Assembly (NCBI RefSeq): GCF_964213995.1
Contig: NC_135818.1
Span: 79,422,001 to 79,486,000 of the forward strand
DNA from: Mustelus asterias
Lineage: Eukaryota
DNA length: 64,000 nt
Direction of reading: 5' to 3'
The notes beneath the pieces were generated by a model. It worked only from the letters and a program-made list of their open reading frames with translations, was not told the DNA's origin and made no database searches. Position numbers and translations under genes: made by a program. Positions 1-11,799 of this stretch are shown in pieces. Each line of letters starts with the position of its first letter. The first letter of the stretch is position 1.

Positions 1-207
1 CCATGACACTAAGGGGCAATTTAGCATAGCAAATACACCTAACCAGCACAGCTTTTGACTGTGGGAGGAAACTGGAGCACTCCGAGGAAACCCACGCAGA
101 CACAGGGAGAACGTGCAGACACCGCACAGATAATGACCCAAGGCAGGAATCGAACCAGAGTCCTTGGCGCTATGAGGAAACAGTGTTAACCACTGTGCCA
201 CCATGCC
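1..207 (-). mobile_element. HE1/V-SINE-like tRNA-derived SINE
   Basis: Reverse complement gives ggcatggtggcacagtggttaacact...ggttcgattcc (A/B boxes) and the V-domain tgtgtctgcgtgggtttcc. Confidence 0.85.
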
Positions 208-620
208 GCTTCCCGCGCTGCCTCTCCATAGGCTCCAGTCCAATCACAACATAGGCATGCACAACTCAATAAGACATGAGGGACACCATCAGGAAAAACT
301 CATCACAAATTCAATCCGTCTGGAGCTTTCCAGATTCTAGTGCAATGTCTTATCGACACTCCGATCTTCATTGAGTAAGGCATCTGAGCAGGCTGTTGAA
401 AAGGGTGAACTCATCAGTAGCTGCTGTCCCCTCAATTTCAGAAAACGCCGAGTGCCCCGGCTCCATGACAAGGGACACCTGTTGATCCTCGGTAACAATC
501 CCAACTCTTCCTCATAAGATCTACAGCTTTTTTTTAAAAAACACAACGATCTTCTACCTCTACAACGTTGGACAGTTGATCATGCTTTTTCCACAATTCT
601 TCTAGGCACCCATGTTAATC

Positions 621-730
621 CTGCCGTAAAGTGTGGCTTTTGCTACCAAATAAACCTGTTGGACTTTAACCTGATGTTGTTAAACTTCTTACTGTGTTTA
701 CCCCAGTCCAACGCCGGCATCTCCACATCG
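621..730 (+). mobile_element. Penelope-like element end fragment
   Basis: aataaacctgttggactttaacc...ccagtccaacgccggcatctccacatc, same family as 25802-26045. Confidence 0.65.
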
Positions 731-739
731 TAAAGTTCT

Positions 740-1790
740 CAGTCAGGACTAGATCATGGGAAGACTGGTCAAGCCTCCACCCTCCCCATCAAATCCGGAA
801 ATACTAAATCCAACCAGGTCCGCAAGCCATGTCCCTTGTATTTTAACAGGCATGACCCCTTTGGTTGCATTTGGCAATTTGTGATATTGTATGATGGCAA
901 GAAACTTGCTAAACATAAAGGCCATTGTCTATGAGTTTGCTTTTTCATTGATGATTTGAATGTTTGTTTAGCTCGTTCTGCTAACCCAATGGAAGCTGGA
1001 TGATAAGGTGCTGAACAAACATGGCGAATAGCATTTGACGTAACAATTTGCCAAAGCTCTTCTGCTGTAAATGCCTCAATGGCTGTGGCCGTGTGGTCTT
1101 CATGAATTGGGCATCCAGCCATTTGGAAAGCACATCGACCAAAATGAGAAACGCATGTCCCATGAAGCGACCTGCAAAATCTATGTGCAGTCTTGCCCAT
1201 GGCCAACCCAACCACTCCCATGGCTGCATATTCGCCGGTGGCAGCAATGCCTGCTGGGTTTCACAATTCAGGCACTGGTTGACCATTCTTTTGATTTCTT
1301 TATCGATGCTCAGCCACCAACCATAACTTCAGGTGAGTGCTTTCATCCTACTTTGTCTGGGGTGTGCATTGTGCAATTCCTGCAATAAATGCCATCTGCC
1401 ATTGCTCTTGGAGTGGCACTATAATATGAGCACTCCCCCTATAGATGCTGCCAGACCTGCTGAGATTTTCCAACATTTTCTCTTTTGGTTTCAGATTTGC
1501 TTTTATCATATCGCCATCCTTGCATTACCATCCTCTTAGCCTTTGACAATACTGGGCCTCTTTCAGTCCAAGTTTTTATGTGATTTGCTGAAACCTGCAA
1601 AGTCTCCATCATGTGTAGTGCCAAAACAATTTCTTGTGGTACTGATGGTGCGGGGATTGTTTGCGGTAGAGGTAAATGCCTCAATGCGTCCGCATTTCAT
1701 ATTTGCGTACCTGGACAATGCTGGAAAGAATAGCTGTACGCAGTTAGCAATAGAGCCCATCTCTATACCTTCACAGAGGCAATAGGTGGC
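740..1790 (-). mobile_element. Degenerate Gypsy LTR-retrotransposon pol (integrase) remnant
   Basis: Frameshifted ORFs with PWARLHIDFAG, LVDVLSKW, SAPYHPASIGLAER and a CxxC zinc motif. Confidence 0.88.
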
Positions 1791-2039
1791 AAGGTCATAA
1801 CCAGAAAATACAGATTTAAGTTAATTGGCAAGAGAATGGTGGGGATATATTCTTTTTTTATGATGATCTGAAATGCATTGCCCAAGAGGGCGATGGAAGC
1901 ACATTCAATAATAACTTTTAAAGAAAGGGAATTGGATAAATACTCAAAGGGGCGAAATCTACAGAGCTATGGGACAAGAGTGGGGAATTTGGACCATTGG
2001 TGAGATCTTTGGTCACCTTTTGTGTTGTACAATAAAAAA

Positions 2040-2299
2040 AAGTTTATTTATTAATGTCACAAGTACGCTTAAATTAACACTGCAATGATGTTACTGTGAA
2101 AATCCCCTAGTCGCCACACTCCAGCGCCTGAGGGGGAATTTAGCATGGCCAATGCGCCTAACCAGCACGTCTTTCGGACTGTGGGAGGAAACCCACGCAG
2201 ACACGGGGAGAACATGCAGACTCCGTACAGACAGTGACCCAAGCCAGAATCGACCTTGGGTTCCCAGCACGGTGAGGCAGCAGTGCTAACCACTGTGTT
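2040..2299 (-). mobile_element. HE1-like SINE
   Basis: Same family as 1-207, with an aataaac tail. Confidence 0.85.
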
Positions 2300-3233
2300 A
2301 CACAAAAATTTGAAGTACCAAACACTGGCTGAATTTACCACTGCAAAGATACCTATACCCAGGAGGTCATAAGTACTAAATAACCGAAGTAAAATTAAAT
2401 GAAAAACATCTAGAACATTTGTTGTTTCTCCATATACCAAGATAAAAGCAGAATAGCACTCATTTTTTTTTTCAGGTGTTTATCCAATTAGATTTTTAAA
2501 TCTATTCAGGATTCTGCTAACCCCACTGTTCAATATCCTATCAACTTTCTGCATTAATAAAAACCTTTCCTGATTTATGCCTTCATTCTTTTGATGATAC
2601 CCTTAAATTTATGCTTTCCAGTTACCAACTCACTGACCAGCGAAAATAGCTCCATGGTTGGACTATGAATAAATAACCATTTTTTACCCAGTCTAAAGAA
2701 GGAATATTCCTAAAGGTCCTGATCTCTCTGGAATCTTTATCTTTATTCATGAGCACTTTTTGTCAAAGAAGTTCAGTTGGATCTTTTAGTGAAATTGGGC
2801 AGCCTGAATCCATTTCCTAATCCTCACCAATTTACAACACAATCCTATCATTTGCCACTATTTTTCTGTCACACTCAAAAGAGCTACAAGGATGACTAGT
2901 TAGAGAAACTGAAATAAATATTAAAAAATAGACCAGCATATAGACTATTCTATTACTATCTCGAAAAGTTAGCTGTAAATACCCAACAATGGAGACTTAG
3001 TCAAATAACCACATTCACCAAGTGTTCCAGGGACAGGTTACGAGTCCTCCTCAAGGTCATTGAGATGGGGTCATTGACAGCTCAGAAGGGGCATTCGGCC
3101 CATTGCGTCCATGACAACTCTCCATGAAGCAATCTAGTCAGTCCCATTCCCACATTCTAGCCCCATAGCTCTTGAAGTTTCTTTCCTTCAGAAATCATTC
3201 ATTGTCTCCACTTCCACTACCCTCGTGGACAGA

Positions 3234-3478
3234 TACAAAAGTCTGAGGTCACGTACCAACTGACTCAAGAACAGCTTCTTCCCTGCTGCCATCAGACTTT
3301 TGAATGGGCCTACCTCGCATTAAGTTGATCTTTCTCTACACCCTATCTATCTATGACTGTAACACTACATTCTGCACTCTCTCCTTTCCTTCTGTATGAA
3401 TGTTATGCTTTGTCTGTATAGAGCGCAAGAAACAATACTTTTCACTGGAGGTTAATACACATGACAATAATAAATCAA
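3234..3478 (+). mobile_element. Rex1/Babar-like LINE 3' end
   Basis: Matches the 3' end of 19720-20577 (aagaacagcttcttccctgctgcc...caataataaatcaaa). Confidence 0.8.
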
Positions 3479-3479
3479 A

Positions 3480-4330
3480 AGTGTGTTCCAGGTCATTACC
3501 AGTTGCTTTGTTAAAAAAATTATTTCTTACATACCTTCTGCATTCCTTGCCCTAAAGCTTAAATCTATCCCTGTACCATCAGTTAGTGGGAACAATTTTC
3601 CTCATCTACCTTATCCAAACCTGTCATAATATTGTACACCTCTTTCAAATTTCCATTGCTCCAAGGAGAACAATTCCAGCTTTTCCAATCTAACCTTGTA
3701 GCTAAAATTCCACATCATTGGAACCATTCTACTCTGCACCCTCTTAAGGGCCTGCATATCCTTCCTTAAGTGTGATGACTAAAACTGGACAATACAATTG
3801 TGGCCTAACAGAGCTTTATAAAGGTTCAGGATAACGTTCCTGCTTTTGTACTCAATGTCTCCACTATGAAGCCCAAGATCCCATATGCCTTGCTAACTAT
3901 TTTCTCAATATGTCCTGCCATCTTCAAAGATCTATGCACATGCACCACCCACCCCTGGTTTCTTTATCCCAGCACACCCTTTAGGACGTTGCCATTAAGT
4001 ATATATTGCCTCTTCTACTCCTTTTGCCAAAATGCATCATCTCACACTTCCCTGTATTCAATTCTAGATGGGTTCTTGGTATGGGGATCAAAGGTTACAG
4101 GGAAAAGGTGGGAGAATGGGGTTGAGAAACTTGTCAGCCATGATTGAATGGCGGAGCAGACTCGATGGGCCGAATTGCTTAATTCTGCTCCTATACGTTA
4201 TGATCTTATGAATTCCATATGCCACCCATTCTGTTAGCCCATGTCCTGCTGCAGTCGATTAATATCCTCACTGTTTGTTCCTCCTCCAAGTTTGGCAAAA
4301 TCAGCACATTTTACTCTGTATTCCATTATC
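3480..4330 (-). mobile_element. Old CR1 LINE remnant with a nested CR1 tail
   Basis: Degenerate similarity to the CR1 ORF2 region at 41142-42275. Confidence 0.65.
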
Positions 4331-4702
4331 CGAGTCGTGTCTATCTGGTGAAGTGAAGCATCTTGTTATTTGTGAAAAGAGTGTTCGATCATAACATGTT
4401 GCATTAATATAGGATCTTTAACATATTAAAAACATTTCAAGGCATTTCATATGAGCGTCATCAAACAAAATGAGACACCGAGTGATATTAGGAGATATTA
4501 GGGAGCATGACCAAAAACAAGGTCAAAGAGGTTGGTTTTAAGGAGCATCTTAGATAAAGAAAGAAACGTATAGAGATTTACAGAAGGAATTCCAGAGCTT
4601 AGCATCAGGCAGTTGAAGGCATGACTGCCAATGGTAAATGATGAAAATTAGTGATGTGCAAGATGCCAGAATTATAAAGTTTATTTAAACGTTTAAAGTG
4701 CA

Positions 4703-4880
4703 GCACAGTGGCATGGGGTTAGCACTGCTACCTCACAGTGCCAGGGACCCAGGTTCGATTCCCGGCTTGGGTCACTGTCTGAGAGGAGTTTGCACGTTCT
4801 CGTTCCGTCCCCCCAACCCCCCAGTAATTTCATTGCAGTGTTAATGTAAGCCTACTTGTGACATTAATAAATAAACTTTA
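4703..4880 (+). mobile_element. Internally deleted HE1-like SINE
   Basis: tRNA-like head ggttcgattcc joined directly to the 3' tail. Confidence 0.75.
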
Positions 4881-5084
4881 AACCTTACTTATGCAATTCA
4901 TATTTAGAGGAAATCCTGTGAAAATCAAGGAATATATTGAAGTAAAATACCTATCGCCATTTTGTGAAAAACATCTTCTGGGTCATGAATCAAACTCAAT
5001 CATTTTGAAGGAAGTTTTCTCCGTTTTTAAAAAGGTGCAGACATGGTTATGTGACTAATCAATTACATATTTTTGGGACCATAC

Positions 5085-5378
5085 ACCTCCTGACTTCCCA
5101 AAGTCTATCCACCATCTACAAGGCACAAGCCAAGATTGTGTGATGGAATACTCCCCACTTGCCTGGATGATTGCAGCTCCAACAACACTCAAGAAGCTCA
5201 ACATCATCCAGGACAAAGTATCCAGTTTGCTTGCCACCACATCCACAGACATCCACTCCCTCCACCACCAAGGTTGAGTAGCAGCAGTGTGTACCATCTA
5301 CAAGATGCACTGCAGCAATCCATCAAAGATCTTCAGACAGCATATTCCAAACCCACAACCACTTCCATCCAGAAGGAA
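5085..5378 (+). mobile_element. LINE 3' fragment (longer paralogue at 27260-27835)
   Basis: Degenerate RT C-terminus (TIYKAQ..SVMEYSPLAWM). Confidence 0.7.
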
Positions 5379-5644
5379 TCTGCTTGGTCCAGCTTATTTC
5401 CCTTAATGGGTTCACTGGATCCAATGGTCAGTGCCTTGAAAAGTCTCCAATCTCCAAACGTTACATTCTCTGTCAACATAAAGAGCATTTTGCTGATTTC
5501 ACTATAAAGATAGACTCTAATTAATGCCACAGCACATTCAAGAGAATTGCACTTAAATGATTTATTTTTAACTAATTTTGCTGTTACCTTGCTAGATTCC
5601 ATGACTTAAGTCGAATAAACATGAGTGGCAAATTTGAGGCAGCA

Positions 5645-5675
5645 TTACCACCTTGTGGTGATAACTTGCACTGCA
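5645..5675 (-). promoter_or_regulatory. Candidate CTCF site with upstream motif (copy A)
   Basis: Minus strand TGCAGTGCAAGTTATCACCACAAGGTGGTAA resembles TGCAG plus the CCASYAGRKGGCA core. Unchanged in copy B. Confidence 0.5.
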
Positions 5676-6169
5676 GCAATCAATTCCTTTTGAGTTTAGA
5701 GTTTTGGAAACGTTATTCAATTGTGTGCCTGGCACAAACAAACCCGCATCACCATGCTGAAAAACTCATAATTGATGATTCAACTTACCCAATATGGAAT
5801 GTGCAATCTTTCTCATATTCCACTTATCAAAGTCCAGAACCTATCAATGCAGATTAAAAGCTTAGGGATCTCCAAGTTGTTGAAACTTAACCAACTAAAA
5901 TTACAACAGATCACTGTTACGCTTACTGTTGGTAGATCAACTAAAACTAAGCTAATCATTAGGCTTATTGTCCTAAAGAGTTATCCAGAGCACAGTAGGA
6001 AGAATTGAGGTTCCCCCCATTCTCTAACAAGTTCTAGTTCCATGAGTCAGCCAGGCCAATTATCAACAGTTCCCACGAATATTGGGATCTACCTGATTTC
6101 AGAATCAAGTAGCAACTCAACCACAGATTCCAGATCAGGTAAGGCACCTTAGAGCCACCTCAACACAAA

Positions 6170-7160
6170 ATCCTACTTACCTCCCGACAGGAGGATCTTC
6201 CTCTTCAGCAGTCACTCAATAATGAGTTTGATTGTCCACCTAAGAAACTCCATGTAACTAGACATGGGTTCAGCGGTACCTTGCATGGCTGATAAGCCCG
6301 ATCCTAGAACCACATCTATGACCACACACTTGGCAGATGTTTCCAGGTGGGTTTGATCATTGGACACTAGATTGCTGGTATTCCTTTCTCAGGCTCCTTT
6401 TCCAGGCCTCCTCTTGCCATCGGGTGTCATTGAAGAATTGTGTCCCTTCAATCAGGAGGTTCCTCCAAGTAGACCTCTACTGAGCAAGGGTCCGCCAGGC
6501 AGTCAAGCCTTCAGGGTGTCTTTGAAGCGCTTCCTTTGTCCTCTTGTTCGGGAGTGTTCTGTGAGCTGGGCACAGAAGATTTGCTTTGACAGTTGGGACT
6601 GTGACATCCTTAACACATGGCTAGCAATGGAGTTGGTTTTGGATGACCATGGCCTCGATCCTGGTGCTTTCAGCTCCTTCAAGGATCCTGATGTTAATAC
6701 ACCTGTCCTCCCAGCTGATGAGGAGAATCTGTCTCAGAATTAAATGTTTACATAAAATAAGCAGTGTATCCACCACTGTTTCTATAATCCCATGGTATCA
6801 TCAATGCCAGCCGTAATTCAGCAATAATACTGTCACCTCTGAGTTAGAAGGTCGCAGACTCAAGCCCTACCCCAGAGACGTGAAAACATAGGCTCAGGTT
6901 TTTGTTCGCAAGTCATATAGCATGAGTCGAGAGATTTTTCAACTCGCCACAAACACCTCTGGAGAAGCTGCCCCATACGAGACAATCTTCCTTTGGATGG
7001 TGGAGAAGGTTACAGGCTGCAGTCAGACTGCCACTCCCCGGACGTGGATCGGAGGTGGCAACAGGGACAACCAACTGCCAATGCAGCCTGTTTGAAAGGC
7101 CTGCCTCAGTTGTGTAGGACTTCATCCCAGTTGTTTACTTATGTTTTCGGCCCAGCAGCC
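6170..7160 (-). mobile_element. RTE-like LINE remnant (paralogue 28950-29900)
   Basis: Minus strand reads ...RTRGQRKRFKDTLKA..., typical of the RTE ORF C-terminus. Confidence 0.65.
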
Positions 7161-8639
7161 CTCACCCTCACACTCCCTCCCCATGTCCCACCCATGCCAA
7201 CTCATGCCCCCTTCCTCCACCACAATGGCACCTCATACCCTCCATATCAATTGTTGATTAAAAAATTCTCTAAAAAATTGCAAGCCTATAAAAGTGTCAA
7301 TCAGAATTTTAAAGTATCAATAGCAGAAGTTATAAGCACTTGATGTCTTTTTATCTCATGCAAATAAACATTAAGCCATTGATAAAAGAGATCACAGAAC
7401 AAAAGCTTATTACCACATAGTAAAGCTGTCAATCTTCTCCTCACCTGCATCAGCAAGAAAGTTAATCCTTTTATGGGAGTCTGGATTTGCCAGGGAGTGC
7501 CGTCTTTATTTAGAATTGTGGCAATAGTATTCAGCAGCAGATTTCTGCAATTCAGTGCAGCTTCCTTTTAAGAGCAGAAGGTTGGTAGAACCATGTACTC
7601 TCTATAACTCTGCATAACACCCTGATGAACATAAAGGCACCCAGCAGTATAGCAGATGCTCAGCCCTACACTAAATCATGTCAATAAGGCGGCAGAATTA
7701 AATCTGTGTGTTGCCTATCTCTACTGGAATTGATGCAATCAGCCCACGAATCACAACTCTCACACCCGAATAACAGCGCAAACAAACTTTAAGCCTCAGA
7801 AGCTTGCAGTCTTTTGATTTCCTTTGATTTAATCAGCTGCTAATCATTTCTCAATAAACTTGCAGTAATTATGTTTTCATCATGATTCCTTCTAATATGA
7901 ACACCATCACAGATTGAGGTGGAATGTATCTTCAGTCAATGTCTAGATTATTAAAGCTGCCCCAGAACAATGTCAACATAGTAATCTAATTTTGGGTTGC
8001 TACAACAGTTGTAAACTTTACAAGGATGGCTTTGACAACTTAGGAAATCAAATAAACTGCTCAGTTCAATTGCTGTCTTGCAATCATTCCCAGGGATCCA
8101 TTATTCTCCATGTTATTATACCCTCATGTGAATCATGATACATATTAACTCTGCAATGAAGGCAATACAAAAGCTTTATGCAAACTTCAATCAGTATCAT
8201 GTCAGTATTACCTTTAACTATCATTAGCTGTGTTCAATTTTACTGAGACTACAAAACCGTTTAATAAAATATCTTCATCATAACCCAATCACAGGTCATT
8301 TCTCTTTTGCCTCAAGTCTATGTTTGTCCAGTTTTTAATTTTCTAAACAATCAGACAGTGCAAACTTTTCCCCATCTCCCACCCGCCTCAATCCCATCCA
8401 CATCTGAGCAGAAACAATATCCCTCAAGAGACACGGCTGCCTGGACTACCCTTCACCAGACACCCAAAAATAAATTCCAATTGTTTAACAAAAATGCAAA
8501 AAATTCACAAACACACTTAAAGGTTTGGCTTCAATACCTTTGCACCACTCAATGCAGCCACCCCCAATTCCACCTCAACTAAATTTCCCCAGTGCTACCA
8601 TAATTCCCAGGACCCACCACCCAATACAGAATTGCAATA

Positions 8640-10200
8640 TACACATGAAACTGTTCAGCTCATTTATATGGAACAAAACGAGAGACCTCACTAAAACTTG
8701 AACAGAGCTAATGATTGCACCTTCTTAGTTCAAAGGGAGGAATGGGGGTGCCGAACATTAAGATCAATTAGCCTCAGATCTTAGATTCATACAAGAGTGG
8801 GTAAGAGGGGACCTCACGTCCATTTGGCTTGATATTGAAGCTGGCCAGTCTGAGTATTCTTTACAAGCTCTGTTGTTTCTTATGGATTTCAAGGCTGTAC
8901 CTGACAAATGTGAGATTCCAATAATGAGCAACGCTCAAGAGCGTAACACTCGAGCGTGGAGGACGGTCCGTAACCGAATGGAAGATTTAATTTGACTTCC
9001 GCTCTCTCTTCCATTCAGGGTAACCCAGATTTCCCACCAAGTCTGATAGACCATCGTTTCAATATTTGGAAGGTTAGGGGCCTCATTCGTTTGGGTGATG
9101 TGTTTAGTGGTGCCTCCTCGTTATCTTTTAAGCAACTGTGTCAACAATATGATATCCCCAAATCCTCTTTTTTCAGATATTTACAATTTAGAGACTTTAT
9201 TCTTAATGACAAATCTCTGCACCTTGATGCTAATGACTCATCGATAGAAGGAATCCTGATATCTACGGAACCAAAGCAATTAATCAGCAAGTTTTATGAC
9301 ACATTATGTTTGAGATACTGTGTGAATAAGTGAGACACTCTGCAATCTTGGGAGTGTGTGAATATTGATTCGGAGACCTGGGACAGTGTCTGGGAAAATG
9401 CCAATAGAATCTGAGTCTGTAATAGAATGAAGGAGACCAAACTTAAAATATTATATATATTACAGCATATTACACCAAGCTGAAGGCATAGGATAGGTCC
9501 TGCAATAGCCTCACTGTGCCAAAAATGCAAAATAATGAAAGGTGACTACACAGATTGTGTCTGGTCCAAAATTAAATCCTACTGGTCAGGCATACTTAGA
9601 GCTTGAGAAGATATTTGATACGTCCTCCAAGTTTGATCCTTTGTATTTGATTCTGGAGCTCCCAGACAAAAAGATAATTGATGCCAATGAGAAAAGGCTG
9701 TGCAATATCCCAATATTCGCAACGCAGAAGAATATCCTTTGCTCCTGGATTAGCGATAAGTGTCCTTCTGCACAGTATTGGCATTAAATTATTATGGAAT
9801 GTATCCCAATGGATTTCCTCACTTGTATACTCCGATCAAAATTGGATGCATTCGGGAACTTTTGGGGCCTCTAAATCAAATATACAGGTTCTATAACGTC
9901 TGACTCCTACAAGGTTTTCTGTAGCCTATGTAGCACTGCCTCTAATATACTATTCACGAGGGTGTGCGCCATTTCACCATGTTTCCCAGGCTTTATCGTC
10001 GTCTTCTCCTCCATTCTGTTACTTCTCTTTTTTGCATATGTCGAAGCGCCGGATATACTGAATATAGTGAACATACTGAACCAACTGTGTTGGTTCCCTC
10101 CTGTCTTTTTCTATATATGGCAAAATGATCAACCAGTTTGAGGGTGTGTTGCATTATTTATAAAAATGGAAAAACTCTAATAAAAATATAATTAAAATAC
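8640..10200 (+). mobile_element. Degenerate L1-clade LINE, 3' half of ORF2 (copy A)
   Basis: SSFIWN, KGG.GVPN, LSFKQLCQQYDIP..FFRYLQFRDF, multiple stops, AATAAA tail. Confidence 0.8.
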
Positions 10201-10868
10201 ATACATGTGAAAGAACTTGCTTCAATAAAATCCATAGCCTCACAAGTCAGATAATTCTCAGCTAATAAGATCAGCTCTTGAATGTATTAGTTATCTATTT
10301 GCTGATATTTTAGATATATCAACATCCACATTATACTGCACCTACCAAACCAGTCTGGCTCAGTGAGGAGCCTCAATGCTTGCTCTTCACATTCCCCTCA
10401 AACCATGAACAAGCAAAGATCTCAATTCCATTTGGATGCACCATGCCTAAGCCTTAGTTGTACCTGTAAATCCTTGATTTACATCATGTTGTGCTATTGC
10501 CTACGAATGCAAATAGAGCAGTTTGTTATGGAAACCGAATAATCCTCACAGTGCTGTTTTAACTAATGTTTGAATGAATCAATTTATTGGACCTTAGTCC
10601 TGCTGCTAACTTTACTTCAAATTAGAATTGAATGTTTGTGGTTGTCATTCTCTATGCCTCAACACAAACACACATAGACAACACAGCAAACAAGGAGAGA
10701 AGATAGCAGACTGTTGTTCCTTACAACACACGTCTTGGGCAGCTAAAACCAACAGCAACTATATTCTTCAAACAGTCTGTGATCTACCATCTGTATGTAA
10801 AACTGTCAGATTATTCCAAGATTGCAGTATTATAATTACACAAGATTTCCAATTGAAAACATACTTAC

Positions 10869-10952
10869 ATTCGTCTAGTCCTAACTGGTAAGCAAGATTC
10901 TGTAGCCCTCGTACCTTCTCCATTAAGTTAGCAGTAGTAAGACTTCCCAACT
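10869..10952 (-). CDS. LIN52: LIN52 copy A exon 5 (ELGSLTTANLMEKVRGLQNLAYQLGLDE)
   Basis: 84 nt, atcag|...|gtaagt, visible in ORF 10768..11004. The terminal exon (SREMTRGK...) was not found in the window. Confidence 0.96.
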
Positions 10953-11799
10953 CTGATAACAAAGGTATTTTATTAGGGCACATTATAGAAGTGATGTCAA
11001 TCATACATCAGGTACGTTCAAAATGATGCGGGTGAAAATACAAATACACAACTTAGCAAATGGCCCAAAGCACAATTGGCCGGGTTCAATTAACACATCT
11101 GGAATTGAAAATTAGTCTCTGTAACGGTGACCATGGGTTTTTCTTTAACGTGCAGGAAATCTGCCTTCCTTACCTGCTGACCTTCATGTGACACCATAGC
11201 CCTCTGAAACGGCCTTGTAAACTACTCGGTTCAGGGCAATTAGGGAGGGGTAACAAATGCTGGCCTTGCCAGAGGCACACACATACCATGAAAGAATAAA
11301 TTAACAAATAACTTTTGAAATTTGCATGACACGCTATTAAAATCTTTTTTTAAAACCATACAAAAATACTCAATTGTTAATTTCCATCTGTTTTTTATTG
11401 TCTTTCAACATAAAACATTCTGAGGTTTTACAAAGCAGAAACAGATGCCTAACAGTCCTGGCAAAATTAAGGCAAAACATGTTTGAACAGAAATGTTATG
11501 CAGGCTTTCAAAACAGGATTTGAGCCATTCATCAAACTTGAATATTTAATAAGAATTGAAAAATAATGGCTAGTTCCTCCACTATCACCTCTCTCATTTC
11601 TTTCCAGGCTTGTGTGCACGTGTGATGATGTGTGCACATTTTATACTTCTGTGTTTATGTATATATTCTGTGTAAGTAAGGGTAAAAGTGTGTGTGTGTG
11701 TGTGTTCAGGGTTAGAGAAAGGAGGTTGAGAGATTGTTGGAGTCAGATTATCTGAGGAATCTAAGGGATGAAAGATTAAAGGTGTTTTTTTTTGCATTT

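Noticed and set aside
1-207. tRNA gene
   Set aside because: The A/B boxes belong to tRNA-derived SINE heads. No full cloverleaf is evident.
1-10868. LIN52 terminal exon (SREMTRGKFLNIL)
   Set aside because: No matching sequence found by eye here or in 27197-33639. Presumed to lie outside the window.
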